Origin: an uncultured Acidimicrobiales bacterium
Lineage (GTDB): Bacteria; Actinomycetota; Acidimicrobiia; Acidimicrobiales; RAAP-2
Length of the DNA stretch: 64,000 nucleotides
Direction: 5' to 3'
NCBI GenBank assembly: GCA_963814655.1
Contig: CAWFDU010000005.1
Span: 10,069-74,068, forward strand
The position numbers were made by a program, and so were the translations under genes. Of this stretch, positions 29,666-38,770 are shown piece after piece; the first letter of the stretch is position 1, and each line of letters starts with the position of its first letter. The notes beneath the pieces were generated by a model that saw nothing but the letters and a program-made list of their open reading frames with translations, searched no databases and was not told the DNA's origin.

Positions 29666-30429
29666 AGGTGGTCCGCCCCCGGGGGACCGCCGTCGTCCGG
29701 CGGGGCCAGACCGGCCGCCGTGCGCAGGTGGTCCCACGCCACGTCCCAGCCGACCCGGGTCCGGACGAGGGGCGACGACGAACCGCCGACCACGTCGTGC
29801 ATCCGTTCGGCGACGGTGTCGACGAACGTCCCGTCGCGCCCTTCGACGTCCAGGCCGGCAAAGGCCGGATCCGCGGCCATCCGCCGGACCTCGTCCTCGA
29901 GTTCCGCCAGCGCCGGCTCGTCGACCACCAGGGCGGCGAAGGCGTCGGCGGTGGGACGCGCCCCCAGGTCGCGCACCCGATCGAACCACGCACGCTCCTG
30001 GCCGGTCAGCGGTTCGACCGGACGGCCACCGGCTGCGGCGACCAGCAGCCGTTCGGCCCGGCACCACGTCTCGTCCTCCGCGGCCCGGCCGCCCTGGCGC
30101 AGGGCGGCGGCCGCCCGGCGGAGCTCCCTGGGGTGGCGTCCGGCCGCGGCGGCCAGCCCCCGCCTCGACGCCTCGTCGTCGGCGTCCGAGGCGGCCAGCT
30201 CGAGGGCACGGCGCCGCAGGGCGTCCGACCGTTCGGTCCATGCCACGACCTTGGGGTCGGCGGCGTCCACCTCCTGGTCCTCGAGCGAGTGGACCAGCGC
30301 GGCGATCCCGACGGATCCGAGCACCTTGGCGACGAGGCCGGGACCCTTCCGGTAGCGGAGGCCGTGATCGGTCACGTCACCGGCACGCCGGGGCCGGGCC
30401 GCCCCGGGCCGGACGGCGGCTCCGGGCAC
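29662..30429 (-). CDS. Hypothetical protein (predicted helical, no recognisable domain).
   Basis: Strong G/C bias at third codon positions throughout. It lies 13 nt downstream of the phosphatase gene. The stop TAG (29662-29664) is inside the right-hand IS target duplication. The start is uncertain: GTG at 30427-30429 or an internal GTG. Confidence 0.55.
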   Translation of the reverse strand: MPGAAVRPGAARPRRAGDVTDHGLRYRKGPGLVAKVLGSVGIAALVHSLEDQEVDAADPKVVAWTERSDALRRRALELAASDADDEASRRGLAAAAGRHPRELRRAAAALRQGGRAAEDETWCRAERLLVAAAGGRPVEPLTGQERAWFDRVRDLGARPTADAFAALVVDEPALAELEDEVRRMAADPAFAGLDVEGRDGTFVDTVAERMHDVVGGSSSPLVRTRVGWDVAWDHLRTAAGLAPPDDGGPPGADHL

Positions 30430-30442
30430 GCCGGACGCCGTC

Positions 30443-31205
30443 TCAGCCGATCCTCCGGCCGGTTCCGACGCCCATCCACGACCGACCCGATGCCGTCAAC
30501 CCCTCGGCGTGGCCACCGGCCCCCTCGGTGCCCAGGTGGTGCGCCCCGTCGTTGTAGCCGAGGAGCTTCCACCGTCCGTCGTCCACCTCCCAGGTGGTCA
30601 GCGACGCGTGCTGGGTCCGGAGCTGCATGCGGGCGCCGTCCAGCCCCCCGACGACGGGGGTCTTGGCCAGCAGCGACGCCTCCACCACGCCGGCGTGGCA
30701 CGGCCACCACCACGAGCCCCCCGGGATGACGGGCGGCGACGGTGTCGAGGGTACCGGCCACCCGACGCACGAAGCCGGTCCAGCTCTCGCCCCCCGGAGC
30801 GATCGGCCGCCCGGGATCGGCATCCCAGTCCGGGTTGCCGAACCGCTCGCTGAAGGCCGACCAGTCGAGCCCGTCGGCCTCCCCCGGGTGGAGCTCACAG
30901 AACCCGCACTCCTGCACCACGTGCGGCACCTCCGGGAGGTCCGGTCCGCCGCGCCGGGCGAGGGCCGGGGCCAGGATCGTGGCGGTCTCGACGGCCCGGG
31001 GCAGGACGCTGGCGTACAGGACGTCCGCTCCGGCCAGCTCGCCCGTCTCGAGGAGCCGCTCCCGCAGTACGGCGACCTGGGCGCGTCCCCGCTCGGTCAG
31101 CCCCTCGCACCCGACGGGGCCGCCGCAGACCCCGGTCACGTTGCACACGGCCTCGCCGTGGCGGATGAGGACGACGGTGGTGGCGGCCGGGGCGGTGGCC
31201 CCCAT
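30443..31205 (-). CDS. Histidine phosphatase (phosphoglycerate-mutase-like) family protein, with a frame break near 30698.
   Basis: ATG at 31203-31205. RHG motif in VVLIRHGEAV. The C-terminal part containing the second His (HAGVVEASLL...LLGYNDGAHL) is in another frame. The junction is ...HPGGLVVVAV/HAGVVEAS. Confidence 0.75.
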
Positions 31206-31312
31206 GGTCCGGATCCCGGGAGGCGGCGTCCCGGGCGAGGGACCTTCGGGCGCGCCGGTGCCCGCGCCGGTCAGCGCGTCGAAACCCGTGCCCCCGGCAC
31301 CGGGGCCGCCGC

Positions 31313-32798
31313 TCACGCCAGGTCCCCGACGAAGCGCTCCAGCTGGCGCAGCGTCCGGCACTCCACCACCTCGTCGCAGTGGTTGGCGTACTCGCCGACG
31401 ATGGAGTCGCCCGAGTCCCAGTAGGCACGGGGCTCGGGATTCAGCCAGTACACGTGACGGGCCCGGGCCCGGATCTCCTTCACGACCCACGAGCCCGAGG
31501 CGTGGTAGTTGTTCCGGGCGTCGCCCAGCAGCAGGACGCTGGTCCGCGGGCGTGATCTCCTCGCCCCAGCGCTCCCAGAACACGGTCAGGGCGTGGCCGT
31601 AGTCCGAGTGCCCGTCGACCCAGACCACGTCGGCTTCGGTGTTGATGCGGTGGACGGCCTCGGCGGGGTCGTCGACCCCCTCGAAGAACCCGGTGACCTC
31701 GTCGATGCCGTCGATGAACACGAAGCTCCGGACCTTGGAGAACTGCGCGCTGATGGCGTGCACCAGGTGGAGGGTGAACCGGGCGAAGCTGGCGACGGAC
31801 CCCGAGATGTCGGCGATCACGATGATCTCGGGCTTCGACGGCCTCGGGTAGCGGAACCTCGGCTCCACGGGCACGCCGCCGGTCGACAGCGAGTGCCGGA
31901 CCGTCGAGCGGAAGTCGAGCGGACCCTTGCGCCCGTGGCGCCGCTTCCGGGCCAGCCGTACGGCCAGCTTGCGCGACAGCGGGGCCAGCGACTTGCGCAG
32001 GGCCACGAGCTCGTCCCGGGTGGCGTGCATGACGTCGATGTCCTCGGGGAGAGGCTTGCGGATCGACTTGGCCAGCGCCTCGCTCCCCCGGTCGGCCACC
32101 AGGCGCCGCCGGATCTCGTTCTCGATCTCCTTGCGGAGCTGGTCGATCCTGGCCTGGTACTCGTCGCGCAGGAGGCGCTCCTCGAGGGGGGTGAGGGTGA
32201 CATCGGGGCCGCGGTGTCCGGCCTCGGCGTTCTCCGCCGACGTCGCCTGGCGGGCCTGGTCGATCAGTCGCTCCATGACCTTGTCGAGGTCGAGGTTCCG
32301 CAGCGTGCGGTACAGGTAGTAGGTGCCGCCGACCGGTCGACCGGCCTCCATCCCTCCGTAGCGGCTGACCGCCTGGCGGGCCACGGCCTGGATCATCGGG
32401 TTGTTGGCGCTCAGCAACGCCTTGTAGAGCATGTCGGCGAGTTCCTCGGGGGTCATGCCCTCGCCCCCGCCACCGCCCCGGCCCTTGCCCTGTCTGCCGC
32501 CCTCACCCGGCTGACTGGAGGCACCGTCGTCCGCCTCGGCTCCGGACTCCTCCTCGTCGCCGTCGGCGATCGCGTAGCCGGGCCCCCGGAGGCTGAAGTA
32601 GATCTCGAAGGCCGTCTCGTAGGCGGGCCAGTGCGTCGACGACTTCACCAGGCTCGCTCCGAGGGTGTACTTGATCGCCTCGCGGTCCTCCAGGGGCACG
32701 TGCTTGAGCGTCTCGGCCGCGTCCAGGTGCTCCGAGAGCGACACGGGGATGCCTGCGGCGCGCAGTTCGCCCACGAAGCCGGTCAGGAGGTCCAGCAC
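31313..32798 (-). CDS. VWA domain protein of the CoxE type, with a frame break near 31549.
   Basis: GTG at 32796-32798. Intact MIDAS motif in IVIADISGSVASF. It has a long helical N-terminal region with an acidic/Gly-rich linker. The conserved C-terminus, RTSVLLLGDARNNY...HVYWLNPEP...CRTLRQLERFVGDLA, lies in another frame (stop at 31313-31315). The break is at the GGG run 31548-31550. Confidence 0.8.
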
Positions 32799-32811
32799 GG
32801 TCGGCCCCGAC

Positions 32812-33765
32812 TCAACCCGTGGTGTCCAGGCCGGCCAGCTCCTTGGACGCCCGGTCGATGTCCGACCGGTACTTGAGCAGGATGTGCAGCGTGTCCTTGG
32901 CCTGTTCGGCGTCGATGGACTCCACGCCGAGGACGACCAGGGTCCGGGCCCAGTCGAGCGTCTCGGAGACCGACGGGGCCTTCTTGAGGTCGAGCGAGCG
33001 GATCGAGCGCACGATGCGGGCCACCTGGTCGGCCAGAGCCTGGCTGATACCGGGCACCCGGGTCTCGATGATGGCCCGCTCCCGGTCCATCTGGGGGTAG
33101 TCGATGTGCAGGTAGAGGCACCGGCGCTTCAGCGCCTCGGAGAGCTCCCGGGTGTTGTTCGAGGTCAGGAACACCAGCGGGATCTGGCTGGCCCGGACGG
33201 TGCCGAGCTCGGGGATGGACACCTGGTACTCGGACAGGATCTCGAGCAGGAGGGCCTCGGTCTCGAGTTCGACCCGGTCGACCTCGTCGATGAGGAGGAC
33301 GACGGGCTCGGTCGACTTGATGGCCTCGAGCAGCGGGCGGGTGAGGAGGAACTCCTCGCTGAAGATGTCCTCCTCCAGCTGCTGCCACGACTGCCCCGAG
33401 TCCGCCTGGATCCGCAGGAGCTGCTTCTTGTAGTTCCACTCGTAGAGGGCCTTGGACTCGTCGAGACCCTCGTAGCACTGGAGCCGGATGAGCCGGCTGC
33501 CGGTGAGGCGGGCCACCGACTTGGCCAGTTCGGTCTTGCCGGTCCCGGCCGGGCCCTCCACGAGGACGGGCTTGGCCAGCCGGTCGGCCAGGTAGACGAC
33601 GCCGGAGATCCCGTCGTCGGCCAGGTAGTCGACGCCGGCCAGGCCGGTGCGCACGGCGTCGATCGAGTCGAACCGCGGTGGCCCCGCCTCGGGGAACCCC
33701 GAGGTGATCTCCCCGGCGCGGGCGCCTCGGGGGCCCGCGGCCGTGTCGGTCTGGTCACTGCTCAT
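32812..33765 (-). CDS. MoxR/CoxD-like AAA+ ATPase.
   Basis: ATG at 33763-33765 overlaps the proA stop (ATGA). Walker A is GPAGTGKT and Walker B is LLIDEVDR. Also contains LVFLTSNNTRELSEALKRRC. Length 317 aa. The VWA gene follows after 13 nt. Confidence 0.85.
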   Translation of the reverse strand: MSSDQTDTAAGPRGARAGEITSGFPEAGPPRFDSIDAVRTGLAGVDYLADDGISGVVYLADRLAKPVLVEGPAGTGKTELAKSVARLTGSRLIRLQCYEGLDESKALYEWNYKKQLLRIQADSGQSWQQLEEDIFSEEFLLTRPLLEAIKSTEPVVLLIDEVDRVELETEALLLEILSEYQVSIPELGTVRASQIPLVFLTSNNTRELSEALKRRCLYLHIDYPQMDRERAIIETRVPGISQALADQVARIVRSIRSLDLKKAPSVSETLDWARTLVVLGVESIDAEQAKDTLHILLKYRSDIDRASKELAGLDTTG

Positions 33766-35021
33766 GTACGCACCTGGCCTGTTCCTGTGACGACGAATCT
33801 GACGGAGGTCAGCTCGCGGAGGCCCATCGGGCCCCGGGCGTGCAGCTTCTGGGTGGAGATGCCGATCTCGGCGCCGAGCCCGAGCTCGCCGCCGTCGACG
33901 AAGCGGGTCGAGGCGTTCACCACGACGGCGGCGGCGTCCACCTCGGCGGCGAACCGCCCGGCCGCACCGATGTCCCGCGTCACGATGGCCTCGGAGTGGC
34001 CCGAGCCGTAGCGGGCGATGTGGTCGATGGCGGCGTCGAGGTCGTCGACCACGGCCACGCTCATGGTCAGGCCGAGGAACTCCGCGGCGAAGTCCTCCTC
34101 GGAGGCGGTCCCGATCTCCGGCAGCACGGCCCGGGCAGCCTCGTCGCCCCGCAGGACGACCTCGCCGAGGGCGGCGGCCACCCGGGGCAGGAAGTCGGCG
34201 GCCACGGCGCGGTGGACGACCAGCGACTCGGCGGCGTTGCACACGCCGGGCCGCTGCGTCTTGGCGTTGACCACGATGGACTCGGCCATGTCGAGGTCGG
34301 CGGCGGCGTCCACGTAGACGTGGCAGTTGCCGATCCCGTCGACCACGTACGGCACGGTGGCGTGCTCGACGATCGAGGCCACCAGCGACGAGCCGCCCCG
34401 GGGGATGAGGCAGTCGATGATGCCGGTCGAGCTGCATGAAGTCCACCGCCCGCCTCGCGGGTCGTGTCCTCCACCAGTCCCACGGCCCCGACCGGCAGGC
34501 CGGCCTCGGCCAGCCCGTCGCGCAGGGCCGCGGCCACCGCCCGGTTGGTCTCGATGGCGACTGGACGACCCCCGCAGGAGCACGGCGTTGCCCGACTTCA
34601 GGCAGAGCCCGGCGGCGTCGCTGGTCACGTTGGGCCGGTTCTCGTAGATGATGCCGATGACGCCCAGGGGGATCCGCACCCGCTCGACGTGGAGGCCGTT
34701 CGGCCGCACCCAGCCGTCGACCACCTCGCCCACCGGATCGGGCAGCGCGGCCACGTCCCGTAGGCCGGTGGCCATGCCGGCGATGCGGCCGGCATCCAAC
34801 CGCAGGCGGTCGAGGGAGGTGGCACCGGCTCCGTCGACCCCGGCGCGGGCGAGGTCGACGGCGTTCGCGGCGAGGATCGCGTCGGCGCGTGCCTCGAGCA
34901 GGTCGGCGGCGGATCGCAGCGCCCCGTCCCGGGCCGCCGAGGAGGCGCGCGCCACGAGACGTCCGGCGGCCTTGGCCGTCCGGCCGAGCTCGACCAGCTC
35001 GGATGCGGGGCTGTTGGGCAC
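33762..35021 (-). CDS. proA: Glutamate-5-semialdehyde dehydrogenase, with a hidden frame-restoring triple frameshift at about 34422-34559.
   Basis: Candidate GTG at 35019-35021. Conserved blocks: IIYENRPNVTSDAAGLCLKSGNAVLLRG, IDCLIPRGGSSLV, CNAAESLVVH and HSEAIVT. The stretch between LLRGSS and IIDCLIPRGG is garbled in the ORF frame, but reads AIETNRAVAAALRDGLAEAGLPVGAVGLVEDTTREA and AVDFMQLDR in the other two frames. Confidence 0.85.
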   Translation of the reverse strand: MPNSPASELVELGRTAKAAGRLVARASSAARDGALRSAADLLEARADAILAANAVDLARAGVDGAGATSLDRLRLDAGRIAGMATGLRDVAALPDPVGEVVDGWVRPNGLHVERVRIPLGVIGIIYENRPNVTSDAAGLCLKSGNAVLLRGSSSRHRDQPGGGRGPARRAGRGRPAGRGRGTGGGHDPRGGRWTSCSSTGIIDCLIPRGGSSLVASIVEHATVPYVVDGIGNCHVYVDAAADLDMAESIVVNAKTQRPGVCNAAESLVVHRAVAADFLPRVAAALGEVVLRGDEAARAVLPEIGTASEEDFAAEFLGLTMSVAVVDDLDAAIDHIARYGSGHSEAIVTRDIGAAGRFAAEVDAAAVVVNASTRFVDGGELGLGAEIGISTQKLHARGPMGLRELTSVRFVVTGTGQVRT

Positions 35022-35152
35022 CGGGCCAGCGTAGTGGCCGTGCCGACGGGCACGGCGCAGCAGGTCCGGGCGGTCCGTCGGCCCCGGAGGCCTCCCGGGT
35101 ACCATGACCGCGACGGGGCCGCGCAGGTCCCCCGACGACCCGAGGAGCGAAC

Positions 35153-35955
35153 ATGTCCGCCACGGAGCCCCCGTCCCCCGACGACCCGGCCGCGGTCGAT
35201 GCGGCCGCCGGCGTCAGCCACCAGATCCTCGGGACCGTCATGCCGGTCCTGCACGTGGACCTCCAACCGGGGCAGTCGGTGGTGTCCCCGGGGGAGAGGT
35301 GTCGTGGATGTCCTCGACGATCCAGATGTCCACGTCCACCCAGGGCGCGGGATCCAAGGGCGTGATGGGTGCCCTCAAGCGGACGGTGTCCGGTGGCGGG
35401 CTGTTCGTCACCCGCTACGACGCCGACGGGGGACCGGGCACGGTGTCGTTCGCGGCCAAGATGCCCGGCGAGATCCGACCCGTCGCCATCGCGCCCGACC
35501 GCGAGTACCTGGTCCACCGGCACGGGTTCCTGGCCGCCACGTCCGACGTGAACATCTCCATCGGGTTCCAGCAGAAGTTGGGGGCCGGCATCTTCGGCGG
35601 CAGCGGGTTCATCCTGCAGAAGGTCACGGGCCGGGGCACGGCCTGGATCGAGCTCTCCGGTGAGCTCGTCGAGTACCACCTCGCCCCGGGGGAGAACCTC
35701 CGGGTGATCCCCGGACACGTCGGGCTGTTCGACGCCGGCATGCGCTTCGAGATCACCATGGTCAAGGGCATCAAGAACCTCCTGTTCGGCGCCGAGACCC
35801 TCTTCCTGGCCTCCCTGACCGGCCCGGGCATGGTGTGGCTCCAGACGATGCCGATCTCGCAGCTGGCCCACTCCCTCGCCCCCTACCTGCCGCAGCAGGA
35901 GAACTCGACCTCGAGCACGGCGGGCTCGATCATCGGGGGGATCCTCAAGAGCTGA
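35153..35955 (+). CDS. TIGR00266/DUF124 (AIM24-like) family protein, with a frame break near 35292.
   Basis: ATG at 35153 follows GAGGAG. The N-terminal part, MSATEPPSPDD...HVDLQPGQSVVSPG, is in one frame. The remainder, EVSWMSSTIQM...GGGLFVTRYDADGGPGTVSFAAKMPGEI...FILQKVTGRGTAWIE...VWLQTMP, is in another. The break is at the CCCCGGGGG tract 35287-35295. Confidence 0.7.
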
Positions 35956-35963
35956 GCGGCGAC

Positions 35964-35997
35964 GGCACGTCGGCCCGCGACCTCGGGCCGACGTGCC
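35964..35997 (+). terminator. Perfect 13-bp hairpin directly after the AIM24-like gene.
   Basis: GGCACGTCGGCCC (35964-35976) pairs with GGGCCGACGTGCC (35985-35997) around an 8-nt loop. No U-tract. Confidence 0.55.
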
Positions 35998-36043
35998 GTA
36001 GGATGGGGCGGCGTCCGGTACCGACTCGGAGGATGGCGACGAC

Positions 36044-36718
36044 GTGATGGCGGAAGCGGATCGGGACGGGGCGGGGGCGGCCCCGGACTTCGAGGGACTG
36101 TTCGAGGCGGCGCCCGGCTGCTTCCTCGTGCTCGACCCGCGGTGGAACATCGTGGCGGTCAGCGACGCGTACCTCCACGCCACGATGACCAGGCGCGACG
36201 ACATCCTCGGGCGGTACCTCTTCGACGTCTTCCCCGACAATCCCGACGATCCCACCGCCGACGGGGTGGCCAACCTGAGCGCGTCCCTGGAGCGTGTCGC
36301 CGGGACCCTGGCCCCGGACACCATGGCCGACCAGCACTACGACATCCGGCGTCCGGACGACCGGGGAGGTGGGTTCGAGGTCCGCCACTGGCGCCCGGTC
36401 AATTGGCCGGTGCTCGACGCGGCCGGCGCCCTCGCGTACATCATCCACCGGGTGGAGGACGTGACGGACCAGGTGGACGCGGAGCGGGAGCTCGAGGTGG
36501 CCAGGCACGACAAGAAGGTCCTCGTCGAGCGGGACAGGATCGGCCGAGAGCTGAACGACCGCGTCCTCCTGCGGATCTCCGCGAACTGCATGACGCTGGC
36601 CGGCCTGCTGAACCGCACCGACGACCCCGAGGTCGCCCGGCGGATCGGGGAGGTCCTCGACGACCTCGACGCCACCATCAGGGACGCCCGGTCGACGATC
36701 TTCCCGATGGTCACCTAG
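36044..36718 (+). CDS. PAS domain protein with a HisKA_3-like dimerisation (DHp) helix pair, no ATPase domain, and Asn in place of the phospho-accepting His.
   Basis: The PAS region is [50 protein letters not shown]...[13 protein letters not shown]...[10 protein letters not shown]. This is followed by [19 protein letters not shown]...[12 protein letters not shown], and the protein ends there. Confidence 0.7.
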   Translation: MMAEADRDGAGAAPDFEGLFEAAPGCFLVLDPRWNIVAVSDAYLHATMTRRDDILGRYLFDVFPDNPDDPTADGVANLSASLERVAGTLAPDTMADQHYDIRRPDDRGGGFEVRHWRPVNWPVLDAAGALAYIIHRVEDVTDQVDAERELEVARHDKKVLVERDRIGRELNDRVLLRISANCMTLAGLLNRTDDPEVARRIGEVLDDLDATIRDARSTIFPMVT

Positions 36719-36752
36719 GCGCCCGGACGGGTACCGGGCCCGGCCCGACCGC

Positions 36753-38088
36753 TCAGGGGGCCGGTCCGACCACCGGGACCGCACCCGACGGGTCCAGCGG
36801 CCGCAGGTACAGGTCCCGGCTGTTCGGGTAGCCCACCGCGCCCGGCACGTAGGCGTCGAAGGCGATCCACGCCGCCCCCGAGGTGTCGGTGAACACCGAC
36901 TCGCCGCCCGGGCCGTCGACGCCGGCTCCGGCGGACAGCACGGGCCGCGCCGACGGCTCGGTGCACGGACCCAGCGGTCCCGCGCACGAGGCCACCCCGA
37001 CGGCGTAGTCGGCGCCGTCCCAGCTGTTGCCGGAGTAGAAGAGGAGGTACCGGCCCTCCAGGTGGACCAGGTCGGGGGCCTCGACCACGCCCGCCTCCCA
37101 CGGCTGGTCGGCGACGAGCAGTGCCGTGGGCGTGGCGGTCGGCCCGGCGGCGAACGCGGTGCCCGCGGCGTCGAGCGCCTCCGACCAGATCGTCGCCGGC
37201 TGGTCCCCACTCCCGTCGGACTTCCACTGGAGGTAGAGGGTGCCGTCGGTGTCCACGAACGGGGAGGGGTCGATCGAGCCCCCGAGGGTGGGTTGGCACT
37301 CGAGGGGCGCGGTGGAGCTGTCCGTGAACGGGCCCTCGGGCACCGTGGCGGTGGCGACCGAGATGCACTCCTCGCCACCGCCTGGACCCGCCACCTTCGC
37401 CGCGTAGTACAGGTCGAAGGTCCCGCCCACCTGGACCACGCCCGGCGCCCACGTGGCTCCGGGGACGGCCCAGCCCGGGAGGGTGGGGAGCGCGTTCCCG
37501 ACGACGCCCCAGTGGACGAGGTCGGTGGAGTCGATGATCTGGATGTCCCCGGCCACCGAATTGGTGCCGTAGGCGTAGTAGGTGTCCCCCACCAGGAGGA
37601 CGTCCGGGTCGGGGAAGTCGAACGGATAGACGAGTCCGGCACTGGTCCCGTCGACCAGCGTGCCGCATGCCGTCGACACGGAGGACAGGTCGCCGGCAGC
37701 TCCCGGAGAGTCGTGGGCGGCGACGGCCAGCAGCGAGCTCCGGACACCCCCCAGACAGGTCTGCAGCGTTCCCACGTCGATCCCCAGGAGGAACGCGTCG
37801 GTCCGCGAGTGGGAGAGCTCCCGGTCCGTGGTCGCCAGCTGTCCCGTCGTCGAGAGGATCGCGCCCTGCAGGGCGTCGCGGTGGTTCCGGGCCAGCGCAC
37901 GCACGAAGGTGGTGGCGGCCAGGTCGACGTGCGCCGCGATCAGGTCGTGGCGGGCGAGGGCCAGTGCCGTGAGCTCGTGGCGCCGACCGCGCCTGCGCCC
38001 GCAGGTCGGTGGTGACGGCCACGGCCAGGGACGCGACCAGGGCGACCAGGGCGACGCCGCCCAGGACCCGGCGCCGACGGTCACGCAT
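36753..38088 (-). CDS. Membrane-anchored GH43-like glycoside hydrolase with an N-terminal coiled-coil / two-Cys module, with a frame break near 37985.
   Basis: ATG at 38086-38088. MRDRRRRVLGGVALVALVASLAVAV (TM) lies in one frame. The remainder, starting RHELTALALARHDL...LQTCLGGVRSS...STACGTLV, is in another frame. The GH43-type body contains GDTYYAYGTN, TWAPGVVQVGGTFDLYY, WEAGVVEAPDLVHLEGRYLLFYSGN and ESVFTD. Confidence 0.7.
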
Positions 38089-38695
38089 CGGCGGTCACCG
38101 CCGCGGTGCAGCTCGTGGTCACGGCGTCGAAGGCGCCGAGGGCACGGCCCTGGTCGCCGACCGCCAGTGCGTTGAGCGCCTGTTGGACGCCGCCGAGGCA
38201 CGTCCGGAGGTCCCCGACCATCGAGGTCCGGTCCGACACCTGTCGTTCGGAACCGACCAGGGCCGACTCGAGCCCCTGGAGCTGCGTCGTGTCCCGCGAG
38301 AGCGCCGTCGAGTCGAGGGCGACCTGCCCGTCGACGGCACGCAGTTGCATCGTGACGGTGGCCACCTCGGTCCGGACTCCCTGCAGGCTGCGCCGCGCCT
38401 CCTCCAACGACCGGTGGGCCCGGTCGAAGCCCGAGTCGACCCGCACCTCGTCCACCGACACCCAGGCCAGACCGGCGAGCAGGGCGACGACCACCACGCC
38501 CACGATGGCGGTACGGCTCCGGCGCCGGTGCCCGAGGGCGGCAGGCACCGCCCCGTGGTTCCCGACCGCGTCTGGGGGGTGCCCGACGTCGAGCACATCT
38601 GCGTTCACCCTGCACTCCGCCTCGTCCGCCCCCTCCCGCATCCATCCTCGCGCGATCGGAGACGGCCCGGCGGTCGGTCGGAGCGGTCGGACCAC
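38081..38695 (-). CDS. Hypothetical membrane-anchored coiled-coil protein with a C-terminal two-Cys module paralogous to the N-terminus of the adjacent GH43 protein.
   Basis: TM segment TAIVGVVVVALLAGLAWVSV, then a heptad-like region, then LRTCLGGVQQALNALAVGD...VTTSCTAAV. The stop overlaps the next gene's start by 8 nt (ATGCGTGA). The start is uncertain. Confidence 0.55.
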   Translation of the reverse strand: MVRPLRPTAGPSPIARGWMREGADEAECRVNADVLDVGHPPDAVGNHGAVPAALGHRRRSRTAIVGVVVVALLAGLAWVSVDEVRVDSGFDRAHRSLEEARRSLQGVRTEVATVTMQLRAVDGQVALDSTALSRDTTQLQGLESALVGSERQVSDRTSMVGDLRTCLGGVQQALNALAVGDQGRALGAFDAVTTSCTAAVTADA

Positions 38696-38770
38696 GCGGT
38701 CGCGCCCGGAGCCACCGGTACGGACGGACGGGTCGGTGCCGCGGTGCGGCTCAGGCGGACGGTCCCGGGA

